Assembly: GCA_964016885.1 (NCBI GenBank)
Contig: OZ024765.1
Coordinates: 10,602,001-10,666,000, forward strand
Origin: Eledone cirrhosa
Lineage: Eukaryota
Direction of reading: 5' to 3'
DNA length: 64,000 nt
Part shown: in pieces, positions 38,604-53,883 of the stretch
How the letters are laid out: every line of letters begins with the position of its first letter
How positions within the stretch are numbered: the first letter of the stretch is position 1
Notes under the pieces: model-generated
Databases searched by the model: none
What the model was told of the DNA's origin: nothing
The model's input: only the letters and a program-made list of their open reading frames with translations
Made by a program: the position numbers and the translations under genes

Positions 38604-38733
38604 ATGTCGGGGCAGAGTATAATGGACCGCGTGAATGCGGCCAGGCACAGTATTGCCGGACAAGGACTGGCAAAATCTGTGTGTAAGGCCACCACCGAGG
38701 AAATTATGGGACCAAAGAAAAAACATCTAGATT
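38604..38733 (+). CDS. PICALM: Phosphatidylinositol-binding clathrin assembly protein (PICALM/AP180/LAP) coding exon 1
   Basis: [43 protein letters not shown] aligns to human [43 protein letters not shown], including the PIP2-binding KKKH; accATG, T|gtaagt donor, 130 nt. Confidence 0.93.
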
Positions 38734-38764
38734 GTAAGTGGCTTATAAATAAATATATATGTAT

Positions 38765-40075
38765 ATGTATGGTTGTTTGTATGGTTGTTTCTGTGTGTAC
38801 TCGTATGTATGTATGTATGTATGGTTGTTTCTAGTTGTACTCGTATGTATGTATGGTTGTTTCTGGTTGTACTCGTATGTATGTATGTATGGTTGTTTCT
38901 AGTTGTACTCGTATGTATGTATGTATGGTTGTTTCTGGTTGTACTCGTATGTATGTATGTATGGTTGTTTCTAGTTGTACTCGTATGTATGTATGGTTGT
39001 TTCTGGTTGTACTCGTATGTATGTATGTATGGTTGTTTCTAGTTGTACTCGTATGTATGTATGGTTGTTTCTGGTTGTACTCGTATGTATGTATGTATGG
39101 TTGTTTCTAGTTGTACTCGTATGTATGTATGAATGTATGTATGTATGTATGGTTGTTTCTGGTTGTACTCGTATGTATGTATGGTTGTTTCTGGTTGTAC
39201 TCGTATGTATGTATGTATGGTTGTTTCTAGTTGTACTCGTATGTATGTATGTATGTATGTATGTATGTATGGTTGTTTCTAGTTGTACTCGTATGTATGT
39301 ATGTATGGTTGTTTCTAGTTGTACTCGTATGTATGTATGAATGTATGTATGTATGTATGGTTGTTTCTGGTTGTACTCGTATGTATGTATGTATGTATGT
39401 ATGTATGTATGTATGTATGGTTGTTTCTAGTTGTACTCGTATGTATGTATGTATGTATGTATGTATGTATGTATGTATGGTTGTTTCTAGTTGTACTCGT
39501 ATGTATGTATGAATGTATGTATGGTTGTACTCGTATGTATGTATGAATGTATGTATGGTTGTACTCGTATGTATGTATGGTTTCTGTGTGTACTCGTATG
39601 TATGTATGGTTGTTTGTATGTTTGTACTCGATTGTATGTATGTATGATTGTTTCTAGTTGTACTCGTATGTATGTATGTATGGTTGTTTCTAGTTGTACT
39701 CGTATGTATGTATGTATGATTGTTTCTGGTTGTACTCGTATGTATGTATGTATGGTTTTCTGTTTGTACTTGTATGTATGGTTGTATGTATGTATGGTTG
39801 TTTCTGGTTGTATTCGTATGTATGTATGTATGTATGTATGTATGTATGTATGTATGTATGTATGTATGGTTGTTTGTATGTTTGTACTCGTATGTATTTA
39901 TGTATGTATGGTTTCTGTGTACTCGTATGTATGTATGGTTGTTTCTGTTTGTACTCGTATGTATAACATTGTGTACAGTGCTCAGGTGCACTACAACTCA
40001 TCAAAGGTGTATATGTATATATGTATATGTATGTATGTATGTATGGTTGTTTCTGTTTGTATTCGTATGTATGTA
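38765..40075. repeat. Minisatellite (gtat)n-ggttgtttctagttgtactc, ~32-40 bp, variable
   Basis: Direct inspection. Confidence 0.9.
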
Positions 40076-40132
40076 TGTATATGTGTGTTTGTATATGTGT
40101 GTGTTTGTGTATATACATGTATGTGCTTGTGT

Positions 40133-40174
<42 letters not shown>

Positions 40175-40964
40175 ATACATAACATACACATACATATGTG
40201 TTTGTATGTACACACATGTATGTTATACATAACATGTGTATATACATGTATGTGCTTGTGTATATATATATGCAATGATGATGGTCATGATATATAATAT
40301 AATATATATATATATAGGGTGTCCCAAAAAATGTATACACACTTCAACAGCATTCTAATTAATATTGCCTGTATAGGTAATAAAAGTGTATACATTTTTT
40401 GAGGGACAACCTGTATATATACCCCTGTATATACTTGTATATATGTATGTGTGTTTGTGTATATATATATGTATATATATGTATATATATGTATATATAT
40501 GCATATTTATGTTATTAAGGCTAAATTGTGAGTCTGGTCACCCTGGAGTTTCGCCTGTTTATCACAGGGTCATCAGACATGCATATATATTTTATATAAG
40601 ATGATGTATGTGTTATGTATTACATTAATATAACATGTCATGGACATTTGTATGTATGTATGTGTATATATATATATATATGTGTGTGTGTATGTATTAT
40701 AACACTCTTGAGATTAATGTATGAGTGTATATTTAATGTCTAATGATGTATATATATATATATGGTTTCGACTATACATTCATTCGTGTTGGTTTATATA
40801 TACGCGCACACACACACACATATATATACACACACACATATATATACCCACCAGTGCCATCAGTGATGGCGTTGGTGAACATATTTAATTTTTGGTGTCC
40901 AACATTTGTTTGTCATATATACTTGAACAGTCATATAACCTGGGAAATTTGGGGGTTGATAAAT

Positions 40965-41977
40965 GTATGGTTTGCATAAGAGTAACCCTATAGTTTATGT
41001 TGATTACTGACACATGATGTGTCATATATACCAGGGTTACTGGATATTGGAATAATTTATGGGTTGCATAAGAGAAACCTTATAGTTTATGTTGATTACT
41101 GACAGGTGGTATACCAAGATTACTGGATATTGGAATAATTTATGGGTTGCATAAGAGAAACCTTATAGTTTATGTTGATTACTGACAGGTGGTATACCAA
41201 GATTACTGGATATTGGAATAATTTATGGGTTGCATAAGAGAAACCTTATAGTTTATGTTGATTACTGACAGGTGGTATACCAAGATTACTGGATATTGGA
41301 ATAATTTATGGGTTGCATAAGAGAAACCTTATAGTTTATGTTGATTACTGACAGGTGGTATACCAAGATTACTGGATATAGGAATAATTTATGGGTTGCA
41401 TAAGAGAAACCTTATAGTTTATATTGATTACTGACAGGTGGTATACCAAGATTACTGGATATAGGAATAATTTATGGGTTGCATAAGAGAAACCTTACAG
41501 TTTATGTTGATTACTGACAGGTGGTATACCATGATTACTGGATATTGGAATAATTTATGGGTTGCATAAGAGAAACCTTACAGTTTATGTTGATTACTGA
41601 CAGGTGGTATACCACGATTACTGGATATTGGAATAATTTATGGGTTGCATAAGAGAAACCTTATAGTTTATGTTGATTACTGACAGGTGGTATACCACGA
41701 TTACTGGATATTGGAATAATTTATGGGTTGCATAAGAGAAACCTTATAGTTTATGTTGATTACTGACAGGTGGTATACCAAGATTACTGGATATAGGAAT
41801 AATTTATGGGTTGCATAAGAGAAACCTTATAGTTTATGTTGATTACTGACACATGATGTGTCATATATACCAGGATTACTGGATATATGAACAATCATAC
41901 AAATTAGGAAATTTGGGTGTTGATAAATTTATGGTCTGCATATGAGGAACCCTATAGTTTATGTTGATTACTGACAC
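40965..41977. repeat. 83-bp tandem array (~11-12 copies)
   Basis: gcataagagaaacc recurs at 41066, 41149 and onward with no unique spacers. Confidence 0.92.
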
Positions 41978-42053
41978 GTGGAAGCGATGATTAAAGATAA
42001 AAAAATGTTATTTTGTCAATTTGTTTCTAGGATATATATTACATAAATATTCA

Positions 42054-42093
<40 letters not shown>

Positions 42094-42132
42094 AAAAGGC
42101 GATTTGTTATGTCTTCATTACGTTTATTGGTT

Positions 42133-42218
42133 GGCGACGCGCGTTTCTCTATTGATCAGCTCAAGGTTTGATCTATATTGATCTGGCCCGACTATGGAAT
42201 CAAAAGCTCGTCAGACCT
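42133..42218 (-). ncRNA. Hammerhead motif with a long stem II insert, inside a degenerate fold-back (42090-42350)
   Basis: Minus strand ggt-CTGACGA-gct...(~60 nt)...aga-GAAA-cgcgcg-TC-gcc; palindromic loop 3. Confidence 0.55.
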
Positions 42219-42351
42219 CTGCTGTGGTAATGAACTGTCATTGAAATGTGTTAATGAATTGTCATTACCACAGCAGAGGTCCAATAGCGAAACTTGCCTC
42301 GCCAATCAATAAATGTAATGAAGACATAGCAAATCGTCCTTTTATTATTAT

Positions 42352-42575
42352 GAGGCAGCGAATTGGCAGTATCGGTTAAGGGCCGGACGCCATGCTTTCC
42401 AGCGTAGAGTTACGGTCCTTTATGAACTGAGTTCAAATCCCGCCGAGGTTAACTTTGCCTTTCATCCTTACGGGGTCGATAAAATGAAGTACCAGTCACG
42501 CACGGGGGGCGATTTAATCGACTTTCCCCTCCCCAAAATTGCTGGCCTTGTGCCTATATAAGAAATCATTATCAT
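42352..42575 (+). mobile_element. SINE family M copy
   Basis: A/B boxes plus gcctttcatccttacggggtcgataaaatgaagtacc. Confidence 0.8.
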
Positions 42576-42997
42576 ATTTACACTCAATTTAGCCCTACAC
42601 CTCGTTACAGGCGTGAATCTAAGCATCAAGTACTCACCTGGGTGAACCTACAGTAACTGCACATTACCATCCCTAGATATACATATATATATATATATGT
42701 ATATATATGACATACATCATTAAATGTGTGGGTACCTAAGGAGAAATAACTATTGGCAGGGACAAATGTATGTGTACACATACATATATGATTTCCTTCA
42801 AATGAAACAGTTCTAGTCCTGTAGAAGCCATTTCTATATCAAACATTTATAATCTGCTATGTATTGAGTACCTTTCTTATTGTGGTTACCTCCGATTGAA
42901 CCTGGGATACACACACATGTATATGCACTTGTGTGTGATGTATGCCCTTGTCATTGATGGATGTTTGTGTATGCAGATGTGTGATGGGAATATATAC

Positions 42998-43042
<45 letters not shown>

Positions 43043-43046
<4 letters not shown>

Positions 43047-43351
43047 TGGTTAGAGCATTGGCCTTGCAATCGAAAGGTTGTGAGTTCAATTCTCAGACCG
43101 GGTGATGTGTTGTTTCCTTGAGCAAGACACTTTATTTCACATTGCTCCAGTTTACTCAGCTGTAGAAATGAGATGATAGGGACTGGGGTCCCTATCATTC
43201 CACTGCAAAGTGGTCGTTGAGGTGCCACGGCAAAAGGCTCCCACCACTCACTGTAAATGAAGTTGGTGTTAGGAAGGGCATCCAGCTGTAGAAATCAAGC
43301 CAGAATCAGTAACCGTCCCACCCTTGCAAGCAGGGAAAAGTGGACGTAAAT

Positions 43352-43357
<6 letters not shown>
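43043..43357 (+). mobile_element. SINE family A copy, 5'-clipped, within (TA)n
   Basis: Matches 17694-18033. Confidence 0.88.
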
Positions 43358-43404
<47 letters not shown>

Positions 43405-43583
43405 CATATTTCATGTGTGTAAATATATATTTACCCACCTTTTTCTGTTGTCAAACGTATCCTGCTTCCTGTCTTTCTTTGATAAGACATACACTCTTAT
43501 ATATATATGTATAAATATATATATGTATATACATATATATATACCTGACTTTTTCATTCCTCTGAATTTTTCAACGGAAACTT

Positions 43584-43632
<49 letters not shown>

Positions 43633-43846
43633 TTCATTTATATAACCCATGCTAGCATGGAATATGGACGTTAAACGATGATGATGATGATGTGCATAGA
43701 TATACATATATACATACTTATATAGGTATATATATATATCTGTACATTCATATATATATATATATATATATATACATAGATATGCATATATACATACTTA
43801 TATATGTATATATATATATATATATATAGACATTCATATATACACA

Positions 43847-43900
<54 letters not shown>

Positions 43901-43962
43901 TAGATATACATATATATATACATATATATAAATATATATACACACACACAAATATACATTCG

Positions 43963-43996
<34 letters not shown>

Positions 43997-44011
43997 ATAT
44001 ATAATATATGC

Positions 44012-44052
<41 letters not shown>

Positions 44053-44329
44053 ATATATAATATATGCAGATATACATACATAGACATTCATGCATACACA
44101 CATACACAAAATACACCCAAACACGTCGGCCCCCACGATATATAGCAAATATATATACCAAATAACACGTTTTATCTCTTTGTCGACCTTCTGGTTAATC
44201 AGTGAACTTGACTCTATTATGATTATTTAAGGGGTCGATAAAATAAAATACTAGTAATGCACTGGGGTGGATTTAATGAAGTTTCCCCTCCTCAAAATTG
44301 ATCGCCTTGTTCCTCAATCAGAAACTATT

Positions 44330-45101
44330 ATTTAACCCTTCAGAAACTATTATTTAACCCTTCAGAAACTATTATTTAACCCTTCAGAAACTATTAATCA
44401 ACCCTTCAGAAACTATTATTTAACCCTTCAGAATTTACATTACTATTGTATTTTCACAGTAAAGGCTTTATCTTTTATAATATCTCATATAGTATCGTAT
44501 CTATGAGATTTTGATATTATTTATTTTGAGAACAATACCTTAACATCAGTATGAGTGGCTAGTTACAGCCAATTTGAACAGAAGAGAGAATTCTGGCAGG
44601 ATATGGCCGAGTTAAGGGGTCAGTAAAATAAAGTCCTTGTAACGCACTGGGGTTGATTTAACCCTTTAGCATCTGCATTTAAACTGGACATATCTGGCTA
44701 GAATCCTCTCACCCCTTTCTGTTCAAACTGGCTGTAACCAGCTGCTCATACTGATGTTAAGGTATTGTTCTCAAAATAAATATCGAAATCTCGTAAATTC
44801 AATATTATATGAGATAATTATGTAAGATAAATGTAAATATAGATAAAAATAAAGTACTCTACTGGGGTTGATTTAACCCTTTAGCATTTAAACCGGCTAT
44901 ATCCGGCCAGAATTCTCTCACCTCTTTCTGTTCAAACTGGCCGTAACTAGCCACTCATACTGATGTTAAGTTATTATTCTCAAAATAAATTGCATCAAAA
45001 TCTCATAGATTCAATATGATGTGAAATAATTATGTGAGATAAAGCCTTTACTGTGAAAATATAATAGTAAATATAGAGTAATGTAAATGCTAATGGGTTA
45101 A
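44330..45101. mobile_element. Cluster of piggyBac-type MITEs interleaved with SINE M; 22-bp junction repeat ~5x at 44320-44430
   Basis: tttaacccttcagaaactatta units; full copy at 44873-45101. Confidence 0.75.
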
Positions 45102-45689
45102 TCAATTTTCCCCTCCCCAAAATTGTTGGCCTTGTGCCTAAGTCAGAAACCATTAGGTTAGAAATCATTATTGACTTAGCCCACACACATATGTACACTC
45201 AAATACACATACATAGGCATACATACACACTCACTCACGCATGCATGCACATACACACATACAAATATGTCCACATATATACACAGATACACCTGCACAC
45301 ACACACACACAATTATAGGCATACATATTTGCATGCATAAATACACAACCCTACAAACATGTCCACACATACACAGATACACCTGCACACACACACACAC
45401 ACAATTATAAGCATACATACTTGCATGCATAAACACACACCCCTACAAACATGTCCACATATATACACAGATACACCTGCACACACACACACAGAATTAT
45501 AAGCATACATACTTGCATGCATAAATACAAACACACAAACATGTCCACACATACACAGATACACCTGCACACACACACACACACACACACAGAATTATAA
45601 GCATACATACTTGCATGCATAAATACAAACTTGTCCACACATACACAGATACACCTGCACACACATATATAAGCATACATAACAAAAAT

Positions 45690-46012
45690 ACACACCCATC
45701 CCACTAACCCCCAATCTTTTTTCTGTAAAGTTATGTTGGTGCCACAACATCCAGTTTTAAATAAATGAGGTCGTGTAGGTGTCACGACAAAAAAAAAACA
45801 CAGTCCACGTTGTAATGTGGCCGTGTAGGGAACACGGTAAAAAGCTCCCAGTCCACACTGTAAACGTGGTTGGTGTTAGGAAGGGCATCCAGCCGTAGAA
45901 AACCTGCCAGACAGTCCTATACGAGCAAGACAACCAATGTTGCCTCACGTGGAACAATTCCCGTCTAAACCCATGCTAGCGTGGAAGATAGATGTTAAAC
46001 GATGATGATGAA
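45690..46012 (+). mobile_element. RTE family B 3'UTR
   Basis: Homologous to 63880-64000 and to the reverse of 5768-6100. Confidence 0.75.
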
Positions 46013-46309
46013 TTGAATGTATAAACACACACCCCCTACAAACATGTCTACTCATACAGAGATACACCTGCACACACACACACACAAATATAAGCATACA
46101 CACTTGCATGCGTAAACACAAATATGCAAACACCCATACGCAAACTCCCATACAAACATGTCCACACCCACACAACCATACACACAGACATACCCACATC
46201 TACAAGGTTGCATCTCATGGGATGTTTCTTGGGTGTTTTAATGGTAGGAGTCCAGTCCCATCATTGCTGTTCACCTCTGTCGGATTAACTGACCTTTGGG
46301 GTTATATCT

Positions 46310-47558
46310 CGTAGGAGGTTTTAATGATAATGACCACAGTCCTTTTATAAGGTGTCTCATAGGAGGTTTCTTGGGTATTTTAACAATAGGGACCACAGTC
46401 CTTTTATAAGGTGTCTCATAGGAGGTTTCTTGGGTATTTTAACAATAGGGACCACAGTCCTTTTATAAGGTGTCTCATAGGAGGTTTCTTGAGTATTTTA
46501 ACAATAGGGACCACAGTCCTTTTATAAGGTATCTCAGGAGGTTTTTTTGGGTATTTTAACAATAGGGACCACAGTCCTTTTATAAGGTGTCTCATAGGAG
46601 GTTTCTTGGGTATTTTAACAATAGGGACCACGGTCCTTTTATAAGGTGTCTCATAGGAGGTTTCTTGGGTATTTTAACAATAGGGACCACGGTCCTTTTA
46701 TAAGGTGTCTCATAGGAGGTTTCTTGGGTATTTTAACAATAGGGACTACAGTCCTTTTATAAGGTGTCTCATAGGAGGTTTCTTGGGTATTTTAATAATA
46801 GGGACCACGGTCCTTTTATAAGGTATCTCAGGAGGTTTCTTGGGTATTTTAACAATAGGGACCACAGTCCTTTTATAAGGTGTCTCATAGGAGGTTTCTT
46901 GGGTATTTTAACAATAGGGACCACGGTCCTTTTATAAGGTATCTCAGGAGGTTTCTTGGGTATTTTAACAATAGGGACCACAGTCCTTTTATAAGGTATC
47001 TCAGGAGGTTTCTTGGGTATTTTAACAATAGGGACCACAGTCCTTTTATAAGGTGTCTCAGGAGGTTTCTTGGGTATTTTAACAATAGGGACCACAGTCC
47101 TTTTATAAGGTATCTCAGGAGGTTTCTTGGGTATTTTAACAATAGGGACCACGGTCCTTTTATAAGGTATCTCAGGAGGTTTCTTGGGTATTTTAACAAT
47201 AGGGACCACGGTCCTTTTATAAGGTATCTCAGGAGGTTTCTTGGGTATTTTAACAATAGGGACCACAGTCCTTTTATAAGGTATCTCAGGAGGTTTCTTG
47301 GGTATTTTAACAATAGGGATCACGGTCCTTTTATAAGGTATCTCAGGAGGTTTCTTGGGTATTTTAACAATAGGGACCACAGTCCTTTTATAAGGTATCT
47401 CAGGAGATTTCTTGGGTATTTTAACAATAGGGACTACAGTCCTTTTATAAGGTTGTATCTCATAGGAGGTTTCTTGGGTATTTTAACAATAGGGACCACA
47501 GTCCTTTTATAAGGTTATATCTCATAGGAGGTTTCTTGGGTATTTTAACAATAGGGAC
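46310..47558. repeat. 57/59-bp tandem array (~21 copies)
   Basis: aggaggtttcttgggtattttaacaatagggaccacagtccttttataaggtatctc; gives the 19-aa periodic ORFs. Confidence 0.93.
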
Positions 47559-47689
47559 ATCAATCTCGCCATGAAAAGGAAAATGAAATGAAGCCCCTTG
47601 CTCAAGAACACAGTGCTCCACTTTGTATTGAATTAACAATTATAAGGTTGTAGGTTTGATTCCTGGACTGAGCAAGTCTATTGTGGGTA

Positions 47690-47880
47690 GTACTGGTGTC
47701 ATGACAAAATGCACCCAGTCCACTCTGTAATGTGGTAGTACTGGTGTCATGACAAAATGCACTCAGTCCACTCTGTAATGTGGTAGTGCTAATGTCATGA
47801 CAAAATGCACCCAGTCCACTCTGTAAGGTTGTAGTACTGATATCATGACAAAATGCACCCAGTCCACTCTGTAATGGTGT
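47690..47880. repeat. 48-bp unit repeated ~4x within a LINE/SINE tail fragment
   Basis: tcatgacaaaatgcacccagtccactctgtaa repeats. Confidence 0.8.
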
Positions 47881-48042
47881 TGGTATTAGGAAATACATTC
47901 AGCTGTAGAAACCAAGTCAAAATGGAGGCTAGAACAAGACATGGTCACCTGATCTGTGTAGCTTTACAATGTGGCAGCCTGTCTAACCTATGTTGGCAAG
48001 GGACATAGATAACTATGATACATGATGACTCCACAACGCTGC

Positions 48043-49870
48043 ACCACATTATTTCCATGTATACACACCACCACCACAATATATTCATATATACACACCA
48101 CCACAATATATCCTTATATACACCACCACCACAATATATCCTTATATACACACCACCACAATATATCCATATACACCACCACCACATTATTTCCATATAT
48201 ACACACCACCACAATATATCCTTATATACACCACCACCACAATATATCCTTATATACACACCACCACAATATATCCATATACACCACCACCACATTATTT
48301 CCATATATACACACCACCACAATATATCCTTATATACACACCACCACAATATATCCATATGTACACACCACCACAATATATCCATATATACACACCACCA
48401 CAATATATCCTTATATACATACCACCACAATATATCCATATACACCACCACCACATTATTTCCATATATACACACCACCACAACATATTCATATATACAC
48501 CACCACAATATATCCTTATATACATACCACCACAATATATCCATATATACACCACCACCACCACAATATATCCTTATATACACCACCACCACAATATATC
48601 CATATATACACACCACCACAATATATCCATATATACACCACCACCACCACAATATATCCTTATATACATACCACCACAATATATCCATATACACCACCAC
48701 CACAATATATCCATATATACACCACCACCACCACAATATATCCTTATATACACCACCACCACAATATATCCATATATACACACCACCACAATATATCCAT
48801 ATATACACACCACCACAATATATCCATATATACACACCACCACAATATATCCATATATACACACCACCACCACAATATATTCATATATACACACCACCAC
48901 AATATATCCTTATATACACACCACCACAATATATCCATATACACACCACCACAATATATCCATATACACCACCACAATATATTCATATATACACACCACC
49001 ACAATATATCCATATATACACACCACCACAATATATCCATATATACACACCACCACAATATATCCATATATACACACCACCACAATATATTCATATATAC
49101 ACACCACCACAATATATCCATATATACACACCACCACAATATATCCATATACACCACCACCACATGATTTCCATATATACACACCACCACATTATTTCCA
49201 TATACACCACCACCACATTATTTCCATGTATATACACCACCACAATATATCCATATACACCACCACCACATTATTTCCATGTATATACACCACCACAATA
49301 TATCCATATACACCACCACCACAATATATCCATATACACCACCACCACATTATTTCCATGTATATACACCACCACAATATATCCATATACACCACCACCA
49401 CATTATTTCCATGTATATACACCACCACAATATATCCATATACACCACCACCACAATATATCCATATACACCACCACCACATTATTTCCATATATACACA
49501 CCACCACAATATATTCATATATACACCACCACAATATATCCTTATATACATACCACCACAATATATCCATATACACCACCACCACAATATATCCATATAT
49601 ACACCACCACCACCACAATATATCCTTATATACACCACCACCACAATATATCCATATATACACACCACCACAATATATCCATATATACACACCACCACAA
49701 TATATCCATATACACCACCACATTATTTCCATGTATACACACCACCACAATATATCCATATACACCACCACCACATTATTTCCATGTATATACACACTAC
49801 TACATTATATGCATATATACACACCACCATCACCACCACATTATATTCATATATATACACCACTTCACTA
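48043..49870. repeat. ~24-30 bp minisatellite (caccaccacaatatatccatatata)
   Basis: Direct inspection. Confidence 0.93.
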
Positions 49871-49880
49871 TATATATATA

Positions 49881-50105
49881 CAGGTAGACCTAGTCAGTAC
49901 TGATGTGGGGTCACTGATCTCCCAGGTAGACCTAGTCAGTACTGATGTGGGGTACTGATCTCCCAGATAGACCTAGTCAGTACTGATGTGGGGTTACTGA
50001 TCTCCCAGATAGACCTAGTCAGTACTGATGTGGGGTCACTGATCTCCTAGATAGACCTAGTCAGTACTGATGTGGGGTTACTGATCTCCCTGGTAGGCCT
50101 AGTCT
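49881..50105. repeat. 42-bp tandem repeat, ~5 copies
   Basis: caggtagacctagtcagtactgatgtggggtcactgatctcc. Confidence 0.9.
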
Positions 50106-50575
50106 ATAGTTCTGCATTTCGCTTGCGTATGGTCATACATTTTATTGAGTGTAGAAAGGAAGCTGTCCTGCCTTTGACACAACCGAAGGGTCCTCCTCAC
50201 CCTTCTTTCGGCATGGTTTCTAAGGCTGGATGCCTGTGTACTTGTAATTCAAAGGGACAGTCATCTTGTCACACCCTACACAAGAGAAGTTGACACAGCT
50301 GAAGAGTTTTCCTAACACCAACCTCATTTACAGTCAGTACTGGGTGTTTTTTTTTTTATTACTCTGGTGCCTATACGGTCACTCTACAGTGTGGACTTGG
50401 TGCTTTTTTGTTGTGGCACCTACACGACCAATTTGCAGTGGGATGAGGTGGGGGCATACTGTCTATATGCTTCAGCTTCGGCTTGTACCCATGGGAATTC
50501 GGCTCTTCTGTATTACTGCTTAATGCCAGGGGTCTCAGTCCTGTGTCAACGCCTTTGAGAGGTGCAATTGTCACA

Positions 50576-50616
<41 letters not shown>

Positions 50617-50619
<3 letters not shown>

Positions 50620-51115
50620 AAAGTTTTCCTTCATCAGTGATCTTCCAACCATCATAGGCATTTCATCGCTTTAAGGGCCATATACCTCCGGTTGGTGCGA
50701 GCAACGGCTAAAAAAAGTCGTTGGGACACGTAAATAAAGGGGACGCGAGGGTAAACAAACAAAATGGTGAAGCAACAGAAAGTGAGGAAGAAGGAGACAA
50801 GTCCCAGATTTCTATGAATTTAAGTTCGGTGAAATCGTGAACGAGAGAATAAAGACCATCAAACCTGGTTGAAATGTGAGCAAGGAAGGAATTTCGCACA
50901 GGTCTAACGGGAGGAAGAAGGGGTCTGGTCTGCGAATTCGGTAAACATAAGTTCTGTGAAATCGTAGACGAGAGAGAAAAAAATTGTGGAACCTGCACTC
51001 ACCTCACTGAAGGCAACACGTATACATTTAAATCAGGACAAAATTTTACTGTAAAAAATCACTTCACTTGCTCATCAAAAAATCTAATTTATGGTCTGCG
51101 AATTCGGTAAACATA
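50617..51115. mobile_element. Penelope-like element fragment with a coding remnant on + (50983-51095)
   Basis: NCGTCTHLTEGNTYTFKSGQNFTVKNHFTCSSKNLIYG is the CxxC linker plus FTC.S.NLIY start of a PLE GIY-YIG domain; 50617-50790 is the reverse complement of 32532-32712; flanked by (TA)n. Confidence 0.75.
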
Positions 51116-51244
51116 ATATACATATATATATATATATATTATATATATATATATATATACAAGTGGAAGTTTAGTAAAATTGAAGCTTTGGCTGTGGCCA
51201 AGGAAAGTCGACCTACAATAAGGAATGAGTAGCAAAGCACTCAA

Positions 51245-51782
51245 TAAGGGTAGGTCCTTAGAGTAATAACATTACTTTTAAATAGCTTGACAAAATATAT
51301 ATAGTAGGGGTAGGTCCTTAGAGTAATAACCTTACGTTTAAATGGCTTGACAAAATATATATATTAAGGGTAGGTCCTTAGAGTAATAACATTGTTTAAA
51401 TAGCTTGACAAAATATATATATTAAGGGTAGGTCCTTAGAGTAATAACATTACTTTTAAATAGCTTGACAAAATATATATATTAAGGGTAGGTCCTTCGA
51501 GTAATAACATTACTTTTAAATAGCTTGACAAAATATATATATTAAGGGTAGGTCCTTAGAGTAATAACATTACTTTTAAATAGCTTGACAAAATATATAT
51601 ATTAAGGGTAGGTCCTTCGAGTAATAACATTACTTTTAAATAGCTTGACAAAATATATATATTAAGGGTAGGTCCTTAGAGTAATAACATTACTTTTAAA
51701 TAGCTTGACAAAATATATATATTAAGAGTAGGTCCTTAGAGTAATAACATTACTTTTAAATAGCTTGACAAAATATAGATAT
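51245..51782. repeat. 60-bp tandem array (~9 copies)
   Basis: taagggtaggtccttagagtaataacattacttttaaatagcttgacaaaatatatatat. Confidence 0.92.
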
Positions 51783-52127
51783 ATTATGATAGGACTTCGG
51801 TCCCTATCATTAAAACTCCCAAGAACCCTATGGGATACAACCTCATAATAGATCAGGTATATCTATATAGGGGTAAGCTGTCATACATGCGCGTGTGTGT
51901 GTGTTTGTGATATATATTATGATAGGGCTGTAGTACCTATCATTAATACACCCTATGGAACGTATAATACAACCTCATAAGGGGCCAGCTAAACCTACTG
52001 TACCCTTCATTTAAAAAAAAATTTTCCTAGTATTTGTAACACATTTTATTAAAGGAAATTACTTTATTCAGTCTTCTTTTTGTGAACTGTTGGATATATT
52101 GGTATTTCAGTTTGATATGTATTGGCA

Positions 52128-52600
52128 TAAAGACACCCAGTACACTCTGTAAAGTGGTTGTTGAAAGGAAGGGCACCCTGCTGCAGAAACCATACCTAGA
52201 GGGTATGGTTTAGTTGTATCAAAGACACAACAACCTCTCTAGTATTGACGATCTACATGATAAAGACACCCAGTACACTCTGTAAAGTGGTTGGTGAAAG
52301 GAAGGGCACCCTGCTGCAGAAACCATACCTAGAGGGTATGGTTTAGTTGTATCAAAGACACAACAACCTCTCTAGTATTGGTGATCTACATGATAAAGAC
52401 ACCCAGTACACTCTGTAAAGTGGTTGGTGAAAGGAAGGGCACCCTGCTATAGAAAGCTTACCGAACAAAGAGTTGGGAGGACTCTTTAGTTGTGTCAAGG
52501 ATATGGCAGCCTTCTTAGTGTTGATAATCTACACAATAAAAGCACCCAGTACACTCTGGAAAGTGGTTGTTGTTATGAAGAGCATTCATCTGTAGAAAGT
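52128..52600. repeat. 133-bp unit repeated ~3.5x, derived from a retroposon tail
   Basis: aaagacacccagtacactctgtaaagtggttg..gaaaggaagggcacc at 52128, 52261 and 52394. Confidence 0.8.
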
Positions 52601-53818
52601 TTGCCAAAGAAGGGGTTTGGAGGACCCTTCAGTTTGTGTTAAAAGACATGAGAGCTTCTCTGCATTTGATAGCACCTAGTGATTGTACGTAAGTAGGATG
52701 CAGACCCCTTGGCCTGTCTGAGAGGTCAGTAGCCCTGCTTCAGTTCTGACTTAGTTTATGTAGACCCGTCAAACCCTTGTTAGCAGGGAAAGTGGACATT
52801 AAATGATGATACCTAATGTACACAAACGTTTCCTAGTTTAGATTCCTCCCTCTACCAAGGATGGATTAAGATATTTAGTGGCTCTAACCACTGAAATAAT
52901 TATGGGGTTCTCTATTTTATGGGCTCTCGTTCAGCCGCAATGTAGTACCATGGACCTGTAAAAAAAAACAAAAACTATTGAGCCCCTCTTTACTTGAGGC
53001 CCCAAACACTGAAAAAATTATGGGCTCCCCTTTTTAATGGGTCCTGGTTTTCAGCTGCTACATTGTACCATGGCCCTTGGTAAATCTGACACTGGAGAAA
53101 AGTATAGGACTGCTCTTTAATTGAAGTCCTAAACACTGAAACAATTATGGGCTTCTCTTTTTATAGCCCATTGTAAATCTGGCACTGAAGAAAAAACTCT
53201 ATGGGGACCCTGTATAATTGAGGCCCTAAGCACTGAAAAAATTATGAGACCCCCCTTTTTATGGCTCTTTGTTTGGTAAGCTTTCTATGGCTGGGTGCCG
53301 TTTCTAATACCAACCACTTTACAACAACCACTGTGAGATTCAGCAATTTGGGATCAACTCTCCCCATCTCCCTGCTAGTCTTCCTTGGTCTTCCTCTACT
53401 GCAATTTCCTTCCACTGTGATTTCTTGTCACTCCTTCACCCAACATTACATGTCCATAGCAAGCAGTACAGTCCTCTCTCTGGCACACTACATTTGATTC
53501 CTCTTATACCCAGTTTTCCTCCCAATTGTCCATGTTTGAAGATAAATACATACATGTTGTATAGGCATTTGTGCATAATATGTTGTATGGATCTATGTAT
53601 GCATATGTCTGTGTGTGTTAAGGTATATCAGACCTGTCAACTCTCCCTGTCTGATGGGGAGATCTCCCACTTTGGGATGGGTGAGAGATGTCTTCTCTTG
53701 TGAAAATGGTTATAGTTTTCATTATGTAAAATCTCCCTATTTTGTCTCATTTATCACCGTTTTGGGGCATTTTTTTTTTATGGTACTCCACATTTGGGTT
53801 TTTAGAGGTTGGCATGTC

Positions 53819-53883
<65 letters not shown>

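Noticed and set aside
48015-49958. 647-aa and overlapping long ORFs
   Set aside because: Translations of a minisatellite that lacks stops in several frames; intronic, no domain.
40965-51782. CRISPR-like appearance of the 83-, 57- and 60-bp arrays (also 13657-14732)
   Set aside because: Units are contiguous with no unique spacers; no cas genes; eukaryotic context.
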